Assembly: GCA_043818055.1 (NCBI GenBank)
Contig: JBDRGF010000141.1
Span: 1 to 64,000, forward strand
DNA from: Pseudomonadota bacterium
GTDB lineage: Bacteria > UBA10199 > 2-02-FULL-44-16 > JBDRGF01
Direction: 5' to 3'
Length of the DNA: 64,000 nt
In this document: positions 50,214-59,282 of the stretch, piece by piece
Layout: the number at the start of each line of letters is the position of its first letter
Position numbering within the stretch: the first letter of the stretch is position 1
Program-made: the position numbers and the translations under genes
Notes under the pieces: model-generated
Told to the model about the DNA's origin: nothing
The model's database searches: none
What the model saw: only the letters and a program-made list of their open reading frames with translations

Positions 50214-50651
50214 TTAGATTTGGACAGTTTCGTTCATAACCTGGTAGCACTTTTCTGAGGATGTAGTGTGTTGCCATATTTTATGTCCGAGTTTTAAGAA
50301 TCTTTTAAGAATTAATGATATAATTTTGCAACAGCAGTAGATGATGATAATTGTGAATAATGCTGATTTCGGCTCTCTTTGAATAGTAGTGGCAATTCTA
50401 TTGGAATACTTTGCCAATTCGCTGGAAAAGATATTGAATATCTGGGTGATTGAAGGATGTTTGATAGCGGATAGAAGTAGATTGTTGAAAAAATAGAAGA
50501 GGTCAAATACTCCATCCCTTGCCTGTAGAAGGAGATTTTCGTTATGGCTTGATGAGAGCAGGGCGATGATTATTCCAAAACGGGAGAGAACAAATTGTAC
50601 AATAATAAAAGGGACTTTGATGATATTGATGAATATATTCACGAGTAACAA
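50214..50651 (-). CDS. Hypothetical membrane protein
   Basis: Co-directional ORF tightly packed between neighbours; hydrophobic segments. Confidence 0.5.
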   Translation of the reverse strand: MLLVNIFINIIKVPFIIVQFVLSRFGIIIALLSSSHNENLLLQARDGVFDLFYFFNNLLLSAIKHPSITQIFNIFSSELAKYSNRIATTIQREPKSALFTIIIIYCCCKIISLILKRFLKLGHKIWQHTTSSEKCYQVMNETVQI

Positions 50652-50665
50652 TTATACAGATTTAC

Positions 50666-51154
50666 TCAGGGATGTCTAATAATTTGGTTGAAATGGATGT
50701 GATGAAAAGCGTTTTGAAAGAGGGTAAGAATATTCTTTCTCACTGCAGTTATGGTTGATGGATGGTGATCGTAGATGTTTGGCAATAGAGGCCAAAAACC
50801 TTTTTTTTCTTCGAGCTCCAGCGGTCCGGCTTCATCAATTAAAAATATCCGGGGAGAGCCGAAATCGATTTTTTTGATTTTATCGAAGATCTTAAAGTCA
50901 AACCAGTAATCCCGCCATTTTGTTGAGCCATGGAAATGTGTGTTGCGAGTTAACGTCGATTTGAGGATGATTTGTGAATCTTTGATGATGTGGATATCAT
51001 GCCCACATTTTACTCCCTCTTCCAATACAGGTGGAGAAATCCAGCCTGCCATTTGAATCCCCTTTTGAGTACAGTCTTTAAATTGTTTAAAGAGAAGAGT
51101 GCTCTTTCCTGAATTCACATCACCTGTGATGATGTAGTGGCCGCGTTCAAACAA
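50666..51154 (-). CDS. THEP1/NTPase_1-like P-loop NTPase
   Basis: IITGDVNSGKST, G..SP.V...G.K.G.DI, IDEAGPLEL...GF, VRK. Confidence 0.82.
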   Translation of the reverse strand: MFERGHYIITGDVNSGKSTLLFKQFKDCTQKGIQMAGWISPPVLEEGVKCGHDIHIIKDSQIILKSTLTRNTHFHGSTKWRDYWFDFKIFDKIKKIDFGSPRIFLIDEAGPLELEEKKGFWPLLPNIYDHHPSTITAVRKNILTLFQNAFHHIHFNQIIRHP

Positions 51155-51794
51155 TGAGACCTCTAATTACTATGGCTGAAAGAGCTAAAATCAGGCTTGC
51201 AGTTGATACGGTGGCTAGATTGATTCTTTTAAGAGATAGAAAATTTGGAAATCTCACAGTGGAATCCACAATAAGGAAAAAGATGGTTGTGAGAGCAATG
51301 GCTATAGGTGTGTTGATAAAAAGTGCCCTGATCGGATTTTCAAAGTAGATGGTGGAGTTTGGGCCAAAGAGGATGTAGGAGTTCAGGTTAAAGATCGGAA
51401 TAAATGCTATGAATGTAACAAGGGCTAATTTGAATATCTGATTGGGTTTTGGACATCTGTTTTTGAAAATGCCAGCAACCAGAAAAAATGCCAGGCCTTG
51501 TGAAAGAATGGCTGAAGCCGGGTTGATGATTCGATTGCTCAGAAGTGGCATTGAGAAGAGAATGATGTCGAAGAATTTAAACGATGCAGCTATGACGGCA
51601 ACATATATAAGCTGGTGGGGTTTTAAGCCATTTCTCATCCCTAAATAGAGCAGGGCAAAGCCGATTGGAGCTAAAATCTGACCGGTTATCGGTGAGTGCA
51701 TATGGTGAAGTAATCCGCCTAAACTTGCTTCAAAAAATCCCCAAAGCGATCCAATAAGTATAGCTACTGATATATTTGAATCTTTTGAATCCAT
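51147..51794 (-). CDS. Multi-TM membrane protein (possibly transporter S-component-like), overlapping the NTPase gene
   Basis: GSLWG..EA.LG..LH, IAA..K, NP..AI..Q; about 6 TM segments. Confidence 0.6.
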   Translation of the reverse strand: MDSKDSNISVAILIGSLWGFFEASLGGLLHHMHSPITGQILAPIGFALLYLGMRNGLKPHQLIYVAVIAASFKFFDIILFSMPLLSNRIINPASAILSQGLAFFLVAGIFKNRCPKPNQIFKLALVTFIAFIPIFNLNSYILFGPNSTIYFENPIRALFINTPIAIALTTIFFLIVDSTVRFPNFLSLKRINLATVSTASLILALSAIVIRGLIV

Positions 51795-52013
51795 ATTCCC
51801 CTCCCAACTCAATTACTTAGTGTTCTATCCATTGAAGACGGCGGAATCAAGAAAATAGTTTTAAACTTCAAGACGGAGCTAAAGCTAAGGACGCACTGGT
51901 TGTGTCCGAAAAAAATCCAGACGGAGCCCAAAATCGGACTTGTTGAGTCCGATTTTCGGACACATTTGAATATGTCAGATCTTGTAACATAGTGATTTTT
52001 CTAGGTTCCTGTT

Positions 52014-52030
52014 TTGGCATCATTTTTGCT
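52014..52030 (+). promoter_or_regulatory. sigma54 promoter of the transposase
   Basis: TTGGCATCATTTTTGCT (GG-N10-GC); UAS-like GAGTCCGATTTTCGGACAC (51945-51963); IHF-like AATCACTATGTTA on the minus strand between them. Confidence 0.72.
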
Positions 52031-52043
52031 TATGTGATCTGTC

Positions 52044-52763
52044 ATGGCCTACCTTGCTAGACAGGATATCATATTTAACGGCGCCACATTTCATATCACC
52101 TGGCAATGCCACAACTTCGACTTCTTTTTGGAAAGCGATGAAGCAAAAAAGGTCTATTACAATTTGCTGCTAAAATATAAGAAGAAATATGGGGTTACTA
52201 TCTACTCATACTGCTTAATGTCCAACCATCCCCATCTCACGGGATTTACTAAGACTGTTGATGGCCTCTCTGCCTTTATGAGAACTGTCAATTCGATGTT
52301 TTCCAGATGGTATAACAGGACAAATGGAAGAAGGGGGCAGGTTATCATGGATAGGTTTAAATCACCCGTAATTCAAACCGATGAGGTTTTACTCTGCGTT
52401 ATGACATATGGAGATTTAAATCCCGTAAGGGCAAATATGGTAACAGACCCGAAGGATCACAAATGGAGTTCATATTGTTATTATGCCTATGGGGAGGCCG
52501 ATCCTCTCATAACGCCGGCGCAATCGTATCTCAACCTTGGAAAAAACGATCATGAACGGCGGGAGGAATACAGGAGAATGGTCAGGACAGTAATCGTGGA
52601 GGATGGAAAAAATTGGAGGCGAAAATATTCGAATACATATTGTATAGGAAATCCAGATTGGGTGAAAGCCAGATTCGACAAGCTCAATGATATCAAACGT
52701 GCAAAGAGAGATGCATATTCGAAGAGGCAGAGGGAATATCTCAATTCTATGTTTATTCCGTAA
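52044..52763 (+). CDS. REP-associated tyrosine transposase-like protein (IS200/Y1 HUH superfamily)
   Basis: FHITWQC, YCLMSNHPHL (HUH), RFKS, YGDLNPVRA.MV (catalytic Tyr, NPV), WSSY. Confidence 0.9.
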   Translation: MAYLARQDIIFNGATFHITWQCHNFDFFLESDEAKKVYYNLLLKYKKKYGVTIYSYCLMSNHPHLTGFTKTVDGLSAFMRTVNSMFSRWYNRTNGRRGQVIMDRFKSPVIQTDEVLLCVMTYGDLNPVRANMVTDPKDHKWSSYCYYAYGEADPLITPAQSYLNLGKNDHERREEYRRMVRTVIVEDGKNWRRKYSNTYCIGNPDWVKARFDKLNDIKRAKRDAYSKRQREYLNSMFIP

Positions 52764-53002
52764 CAAGCCAATAGTACGTACTTGGGAGAAGGCACATCTT
52801 AATGTTGAGGTCTATCTGTTCTCAGTAAAAAGTAAGTGATAATCAAAGAAGCAGTATCAATCGATTTCCAAACTCGTTATATAAGCTAAGAAAAAATCTC
52901 TAAAACAAAAAATCGAACGTTTTTTATTCCAGATGCATCGTTTAAGTTGTTTTAGCTCCGTCTGAAAATTAAATTTAAAGGAGTTGTAGCGGGACTCTGT
53001 GG

Positions 53003-54181
53003 CTATAATTTTAAATCTTTTTTTATTCGATCAGCCGCCTTTTGAATCTCAGCCATTGTCGGGACCAAGGCAAAACGCACGAAATTTTTGCCCGGATTAA
53101 GTCCGTCAGTCGTTGGATTTGATATCCATTCCCCGGGGGTGACGACTATGCCCAAATTTAAAAGCTTTTCGGCGAGTTCAACGCCCGTCATTCCCTTTGG
53201 TGCTTTCTGCCACAAGTAGAAGGTTGCCTCCGTCTGGATTTCGGGGAGGCCGGCATTTTTAAGGGCATTTAGCATTATATTTCTTTTTTCTTTGTAACTC
53301 TTGCGCATATTTTCGGCGTGGATTTCATTATTTAGAGAGAGAGTGGCGACATCCTGAATGAAGAGAGGGGTGCCAGAGTCGATGTTGGTCTTCACCTTTC
53401 TGAATCCGCTTATGATTTTCTTATCTCCGGCGACAAATCCGACCCTGTAACCTGTCATATTGTTTCGTTTGGAGAGCGAGTAAAATGTGATAACTCCCTC
53501 TTTTTTGATCTGAAGCTGACTTAGCGGTTTTTCATCAAAATAGATGTCAATGTAACAACCTTCATCTGCTGCAATTATGATGTTATATTTTTCAGCCCAA
53601 TCGCATAGCTTTTTCAACCATTCTCTTGTCGCCATCTTTCCCGTTGGAGAGTTTGGATAGTTTGTCCAGATTATCTTCGCGCGATTTGCGATCTCATTTG
53701 GAATGCTCTCAAAGTCGATCAAATAATTATTTTCCTCGAGAAGAGGGACGAAATAAGGTTCTCCACCGGCAAATCGTGTTCCAGTCGAGTAGGGCGGATA
53801 TCCCGGAGTAGGGCATATGACGATATCGCCCGGATTTATAAATCCCAGCGGAAAATTGAAGACCGCCTCTTTCGCGCCTATCGTCGAACTTATTTCAGTC
53901 TCAGGATTGAGATCAACTCCGAAGTTATTATTCAAGTAAGCGCTAGCAGCCCTTCGAAACTCAATGTCGCCGATATAACTTGGATATCCATGAGTGCTTC
54001 TCTTCCTTGCAAATTCGCTTAAGCTATCGATGACAAAATCAGGAGTCGGACTCTTGGGATCACCGACTCCAAAATCAATCACCTCAACACCCTTTTTTTT
54101 GAGTTCGGCAACCTTTTTATCCACCTCTGCAAATGGGTAAGCTGAAGTTTTTTGAATCCTATCTGAATATATTATCTCCAT
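53003..54181 (-). CDS. dapL: LL-diaminopimelate aminotransferase (class I/II PLP aminotransferase)
   Basis: YPFAEVD, VIDFGVGDP, GAKEA, NYPNSPTG, SLSK..NMTGYRVGF, KTNIDSG; last gene of the lysine operon. Confidence 0.85.
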   Translation of the reverse strand: MEIIYSDRIQKTSAYPFAEVDKKVAELKKKGVEVIDFGVGDPKSPTPDFVIDSLSEFARKRSTHGYPSYIGDIEFRRAASAYLNNNFGVDLNPETEISSTIGAKEAVFNFPLGFINPGDIVICPTPGYPPYSTGTRFAGGEPYFVPLLEENNYLIDFESIPNEIANRAKIIWTNYPNSPTGKMATREWLKKLCDWAEKYNIIIAADEGCYIDIYFDEKPLSQLQIKKEGVITFYSLSKRNNMTGYRVGFVAGDKKIISGFRKVKTNIDSGTPLFIQDVATLSLNNEIHAENMRKSYKEKRNIMLNALKNAGLPEIQTEATFYLWQKAPKGMTGVELAEKLLNLGIVVTPGEWISNPTTDGLNPGKNFVRFALVPTMAEIQKAADRIKKDLKL

Positions 54182-54222
54182 AACATATGCTCCTTAACTT
54201 ACGCACTCAAGCTCCTAAGCTC

Positions 54223-55443
54223 CTATACCACAAACCCCAAATTGTTTATCATCTCATCGAATGTCATTCTTCTTTTTATCTGTTTAATACTATCGCCATC
54301 CACCATTACTTCACACGCATACGGCCTTAAGTTGTAAAGTGAACTCATGGAGTTTGTATATGCCCCGCTGGTGAGAATCGCGAGCAGATCACCCTCTCTT
54401 GGTATTGATATCTCAATATCCTTTCCCAGCACATCACATGATTCGCAGATGTTGCCGACTATATCGGCTCTTATCTTTTTTTCATCGGGATTTGAGAGAT
54501 TGATGATGTGATGGTAGGCGTCGTAAAATGCTGGCCTTATGAGGTGATTGAAGCCGGAATTGACGCCAATAAATGTTTTCGCACCGCTTTTTTTGACGTT
54601 AGTTACTTTTACAATGAGAGCGGTCGATTCAGCCACCAAAAATTTTCCCGGCTCAAATCTTATTTCGATCTCCTTACCATTGAGTTTTGAAAATTCTTCT
54701 ATGGTACCCTTTATCGATTCGTAAAAATCGCTGAGGTTGATAGGGGGGTTATCCGGATGATACCTCACGCCGAACCCTCCACCGAAGTCTAGAAAATCTA
54801 AGTTAGAAAATGCCTTTGCCACGGCTGCTATAATTTTTACAGCTTCGGAAAATGTCTTTGTATTGTAAAAGCCTGATCCGATGTGGCAATGGATTCCCAA
54901 TACTGTGAGATTGTGTCTCTTCACCAAGTCCTTTGCATCATCAAAATTCATTCGGTCTATTCCGAATTTTGATTCATCTCCAGCGGTGATGACACCTTTG
55001 TTCTCGCCATCTCCAACTCCCGGATTGATCCGTAGCGAGATGTTAGATCCGCCAAATCGTTCTCCAAATCTTTTTAGTTCCGAGATTGAGCCGATATTGA
55101 GTAAAACTCCCTCCTTGTGAGCGAATTCCATCTCTTCGTCGCTTGAGTTGTTTCCTGTGAAAATGATTTCCGAGCTTGTAAAACCCACCATCTTTGCCAT
55201 CTCAATCTCCCAAGGGGAGACGGCATCGATGCCATCCACACCAGCATTCTTCAATGTTTTAACGATAGCAGGGGTGTAGTTAGCCTTGATAGCGTAGAAT
55301 ATTTTGGTTTTCTGCCACTTGAAGGCATCTTTAAAAATTTTAACACGGTGGAACAGACTATTTTTGTCTGTTACCAAAACCGGAGTTGAGAATTTGTCGG
55401 CAATATTCTTTGCTGTTGCAAGTGATGGTGTATAGATCTTCAT
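54223..55443 (-). CDS. lysA: Diaminopimelate decarboxylase
   Basis: FYAIKAN, LRINP, SKFGI, HCHIGSG, DFGGGFG, EPGKFLVA, GNICESCD, GAY..SMSS.YN.RP. Confidence 0.93.
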   Translation of the reverse strand: MKIYTPSLATAKNIADKFSTPVLVTDKNSLFHRVKIFKDAFKWQKTKIFYAIKANYTPAIVKTLKNAGVDGIDAVSPWEIEMAKMVGFTSSEIIFTGNNSSDEEMEFAHKEGVLLNIGSISELKRFGERFGGSNISLRINPGVGDGENKGVITAGDESKFGIDRMNFDDAKDLVKRHNLTVLGIHCHIGSGFYNTKTFSEAVKIIAAVAKAFSNLDFLDFGGGFGVRYHPDNPPINLSDFYESIKGTIEEFSKLNGKEIEIRFEPGKFLVAESTALIVKVTNVKKSGAKTFIGVNSGFNHLIRPAFYDAYHHIINLSNPDEKKIRADIVGNICESCDVLGKDIEISIPREGDLLAILTSGAYTNSMSSLYNLRPYACEVMVDGDSIKQIKRRMTFDEMINNLGFVV

Positions 55444-56267
55444 TATTTTGTCTCGATGCTTTTTAAATCAAGCTTTCCTGAAAATAGGTATTTTGCAGGG
55501 CCTGTCATATAAAAATCGCTATCAGTCCAGTTGAAGATGAGTCTTCCGCCTAAAAGATCGACTTTGACATCATTAAAACGGTTATTATTGGTAAACCGGT
55601 AAACCGCGGCTGCGGCCGCAGCTCCTGTTCCGCACGCCAGCGTTTCACCTGAACCCCTTTCCCAAACCCTCATCCTGATTTCTCCTGCAGCAACCTCTTC
55701 ATAGAATTCGACATTAGTCCTCTCTGGAAAGAGCTTTAGATTATTTTCGATCGGCTCTCCATATTTTCGAACGTTAAAATTCTTGATGTCGAGTATTTTG
55801 ATTACCGCGTGGGGATTGCCGACGTTGACTCTGTGAAAGGTAAACGATTGTCCGTTCGATTCAATATTTTCATTTGTGGAATTGATTTGAGGTGGGCTGA
55901 ACAGCTTTGCTCTGATGTCATCTCCTAAAATTTCCCCAGTGACGATGCCCGCATTTGTTTCGACTGAGATCTTATTTTTTTTCGGATCCAGGGTATTCAA
56001 CAGTCGCATGACAGATCTTACACCATTTCCGCAAATTTCCGCCTCGCTGCCATCCATGTTGAATATTCTCATTCTCGCATCAGCCTTTTTGCTTGGAAGA
56101 ACGAGAATCACACCATCGCCGCCGATTCCAAATCTCCTGTCTGATATTACGCTGACTTTGGAGATGATCTCAGCCTCTGGCAGCTTTGTCTTTAAGCCTT
56201 CAAAATAGACATAGTCATTTCCGATGCCTGTCAGTTTGTGAAACTCAATATTCATGTTCATCTTCAT
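55443..56267 (-). CDS. dapF: Diaminopimelate epimerase
   Basis: GIGNDY, DRRFGIGGDG, N.DGSEAEICGNG, GNPH, RVWERGSGETLACGTGA. Confidence 0.95.
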   Translation of the reverse strand: MKMNMNIEFHKLTGIGNDYVYFEGLKTKLPEAEIISKVSVISDRRFGIGGDGVILVLPSKKADARMRIFNMDGSEAEICGNGVRSVMRLLNTLDPKKNKISVETNAGIVTGEILGDDIRAKLFSPPQINSTNENIESNGQSFTFHRVNVGNPHAVIKILDIKNFNVRKYGEPIENNLKLFPERTNVEFYEEVAAGEIRMRVWERGSGETLACGTGAAAAAAVYRFTNNNRFNDVKVDLLGGRLIFNWTDSDFYMTGPAKYLFSGKLDLKSIETK

Positions 56268-57262
56268 TCCTCCCCCAGAACATATTTTAAAATCTGTACT
56301 GCGTTTAGTGCCGAGCCTTTTAGGATCTGATCTCCCGATATGAAAAAATCGATTCCGAATTTTCCGAATATCAGACTTTGCCTGATCCTTCCAACCTCGA
56401 CATTGAATTTCTCGCTCGATGTTAGGGGCATAGGGTATTTGTCATTATGTGGTTCGTCAATCAGATCGACGCCGACTGCTTTGCTCAAAATGCTTCTGGT
56501 CCTGTCGGTATCGATCTCTTTTTCCGTCTCTATCGTTATGCTCTCAGAGTGCGATCTCAAAACAGGAACTCTGACGCATGTGCAGCTTATTCCCATAGAG
56601 TCGTCGTCAAATATCTTCCTCAGTTCCCATACCACTTTCATCTCCTCCTTCGTGTATCCGTTTTCCTGTAGAACATCTATTCTCGGGATCAGGTTGAAGG
56701 GAAGGGGATGAGAGAAGATTTCATTTGTCGGTTTTTTGTTCTGAAGATAATCCGTCGTGCCATTTATCAGCTCTGTCATTGCAGTTGTGCCTGCGCCTGA
56801 GCTCGCCTGATATGTCGAGATGATGATCTTTTTTAATTTAAACACCTGATGAAGTGGCCAGAGGACGACGGAGGCAATGGCTGTTGTGCAGTTTGGATTG
56901 GCAATGAGCTTAGCTCCGATCGCTCTGGAAGCGTTGATCTCAGATATGATAAGGGGGACATCTTTGTCATATCTAAATGCTGATGAACAATCGATGACCC
57001 TGCAACCTGCTGTGATTGCATGTGGCAGATATCTCTTCGATCTATCTGCCCCAGCTGCAAAAAATGCCCAAGTGCATCCATCGAAGCTCTTCTCATCGAC
57101 GGCTTCGACCTCTTTAGCGCCATATGGCGTTTCGATTTTTTTTCCAGCTGATCTTGGTGATGCAAGAAGTCTTAACTCGCTGAATTGAACGTCGAGCTCT
57201 TTCAGGCAGTTGATGATATCGAGGCCGACCGCCCCGGTTGCTCCAAGGATTGCAAGTTTCAT
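56264..57262 (-). CDS. asd: Aspartate-semialdehyde dehydrogenase
   Basis: LGATGAVG, SSAFR, ANPNCTT, STYQASSGAG, NGYTKEEMK, TCVRVPV.RSHSE, KGSALNAVQI. Confidence 0.96.
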   Translation of the reverse strand: MKLAILGATGAVGLDIINCLKELDVQFSELRLLASPRSAGKKIETPYGAKEVEAVDEKSFDGCTWAFFAAGADRSKRYLPHAITAGCRVIDCSSAFRYDKDVPLIISEINASRAIGAKLIANPNCTTAIASVVLWPLHQVFKLKKIIISTYQASSGAGTTAMTELINGTTDYLQNKKPTNEIFSHPLPFNLIPRIDVLQENGYTKEEMKVVWELRKIFDDDSMGISCTCVRVPVLRSHSESITIETEKEIDTDRTRSILSKAVGVDLIDEPHNDKYPMPLTSSEKFNVEVGRIRQSLIFGKFGIDFFISGDQILKGSALNAVQILKYVLGEE

Positions 57263-58638
57263 TATTTTTCACTTCCTTTAATGATTAATTTATCGTGCAA
57301 CATTCTTAATGCATCCAATGCCTGATGATTGTCAATCATCACGGTAATGTTGTTGGCGGAGGCCCCCATGCTTAAAGTGTAAGATGTGATTTTCTCCTGA
57401 TGCAAGGTATCAAAAATCTCCGAAATTAGTTTGTTATCTCTGGCAACTTTCGTTCCAATGACACTGAGCTTGGCTATCTTTTCAAAGACCTCAACCCTTG
57501 CGACTTTGGAGAGGGCTTCATAGAGCCTCTTTGAATAGTCCTGGCTTCTGATCGAAAATGTGAACGACGTTTCGGATGTCGCGCAGACATCGCACGGTAC
57601 CTGTTGATCGGAGAGCACCTCTCCGACCTTTGCGATAAAACCTACACCGCCCAAAATTGCCGGATTTTCAAGGTTGATAAGCGTATTGTTGAGATTGATC
57701 ACAACCCCTTTGATCCCCTCGCTCTTCTCGGCAGAGATCACGGTTCCCTTAAATTCTGGATTGAAGGTGTTGAGAACGTGAACCGGTATGTTTTTTCTGA
57801 TGGCCGCGATAATCGATTTTGGATGAACTACCTTCGCCCCTCCGAATGCCATCTCGGATGCGACGTGTATGTCTAGCGTTGGCCATGAGAATGCCTTGTC
57901 GACAATTCTTGGATCGGCTGACATGATGCCATCCGCATCGGTCCATATATCTATAGCGTTTGCATCGAGGCTCAAAGCGGTGATGGCAGCCGTGTAATCG
58001 CTCCCGCCGATGCCTAGCAGTGTGACATCTCCGTGAGTATCCTTTCCGATGAATCCGGTTATCACAGGCGTTATATTCTTCGCGAGAAGGGGTTTGATCG
58101 TGTTCCTGAAAGCTATCCTTGTGGCTGCAAAGTTAACATTTGCTTCGAGGTATTGACTGTCGGTTCGTACGAGCTTTTTAGCGCTGATTCGTTTGCAGGG
58201 GATGTGAATCTCTTCGAGGGCGTAGCACATAAGAAAGCTAGATAGCCTCTCGCCGTACGAGAGAATCAATGCGTATGTCTTATCTGATACATCCCCGACA
58301 AGGCTTGTTCCATGGAGAATTGCTCTCAGCTTTTCAAATCTCGGGTTGAAATCCTCTCGCCAGAGCTCTCTAGCGCGCATTGGGACGAGCTCATCGACTA
58401 TCTTTTTGTACTTCTCTTCTATCTCATTTAGCTTCGCGCTGACAAGCCTCGGCTTTTGATTTTTGGCGAACTCCACTATCTCTATCAGCTGTCGTGTTAC
58501 ACCCCCGACAGCTGATACGACTACAACGATCTGATGCTCATCCAGCCCATTTCTGACGATCCCAGCACACCTTTTTATACACTGGGCAGACCCCATTGAT
58601 GTGCCGCCGAATTTTATAGTCCTTTTGAGTGTGGTCAT
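57262..58638 (-). CDS. lysC: Aspartate kinase
   Basis: KFGGTSMG, VVVSA.GG.T, GE.LS, GGSDYTA, WTD.DG.M.ADP, FGGAKV.HP; ACT domains. Confidence 0.95.
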   Translation of the reverse strand: MTTLKRTIKFGGTSMGSAQCIKRCAGIVRNGLDEHQIVVVVSAVGGVTRQLIEIVEFAKNQKPRLVSAKLNEIEEKYKKIVDELVPMRARELWREDFNPRFEKLRAILHGTSLVGDVSDKTYALILSYGERLSSFLMCYALEEIHIPCKRISAKKLVRTDSQYLEANVNFAATRIAFRNTIKPLLAKNITPVITGFIGKDTHGDVTLLGIGGSDYTAAITALSLDANAIDIWTDADGIMSADPRIVDKAFSWPTLDIHVASEMAFGGAKVVHPKSIIAAIRKNIPVHVLNTFNPEFKGTVISAEKSEGIKGVVINLNNTLINLENPAILGGVGFIAKVGEVLSDQQVPCDVCATSETSFTFSIRSQDYSKRLYEALSKVARVEVFEKIAKLSVIGTKVARDNKLISEIFDTLHQEKITSYTLSMGASANNITVMIDNHQALDALRMLHDKLIIKGSEK

Positions 58639-58851
58639 CCTTATTTCCTTAATTTTAGATAAAAAACAGTTTGTGCAATTACAGGTTAAATGAATATTAG
58701 TCAATTGTTTTTTAATTTGGATGAAATGAGAGAATAGTTTTAACGTTAGATGTAACTATATGAAAATAAAAGGCTTGTTACTCTGTAATCTTAAAAGAAT
58801 GCGTTTTTCTGAAATCAAAATATCAATCTGAAATTCTTATTTAGAAAAAAG

Positions 58852-59145
58852 CTATATCATTCTGATCAACCACCCTAATATGATAAAATGGGCTGCGAGT
58901 GGGATTTTGAAGAGGGTCCAATATAGTATGGTGTAAACTGTGGTCCCGATCGTGATTGAATTGAGCCATATCTCGACGTTGATCTTGAAAAGGGTGGAGA
59001 AGGTTATGGCGATCGTTATGTCATAAAATGAGCGTGTCTTTAAAAAGATGACTAGCTCTGCAATGATAAGAAAACCACCCAGTATCAAAAGTGTGGTTCC
59101 AAACCATTCAATTGTGGACTTTTTTGTTGGTGAGGACTGGTACAT
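58852..59145 (-). CDS. Small membrane protein
   Basis: Two or three hydrophobic segments; TGGACA-17-TAAAAT promoter 6 nt upstream of the ATG. Confidence 0.55.
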   Translation of the reverse strand: MYQSSPTKKSTIEWFGTTLLILGGFLIIAELVIFLKTRSFYDITIAITFSTLFKINVEIWLNSITIGTTVYTILYWTLFKIPLAAHFIILGWLIRMI

Positions 59146-59282
59146 GAACACATTTTACTCTTTTTTTTACTCTATGTCCAACAGGATTTATGAATTCAGC
59201 CTGTTCTTTGACTGATTTTTTGTAGGCAACTTTTTTGATTAGAAGTCGATTATAATAGTATAGAACAACTACGAGGTGATAT

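Larger units (their letters stand above)
51871..52963 (+). mobile_element. RAYT-like Y1 HUH transposase element bounded by 13-bp inverted repeats
   Basis: AGACGGAGCTAAA (51871-51883) and TTTAGCTCCGTCT (52951-52963); internal copy CAGACGGAGC at 51918; no target-site duplication seen. Confidence 0.7.

Noticed and set aside
52764..52950. TnpB/IscB gene or guide RNA downstream of the Y1 transposase
   Set aside because: No plausible ORF and no convincing stable structure in about 190 AT-rich bases.
58640..58850. Lysine riboswitch upstream of lysC
   Set aside because: The region is very AT-rich, with no recognisable L-box helices or conserved core.
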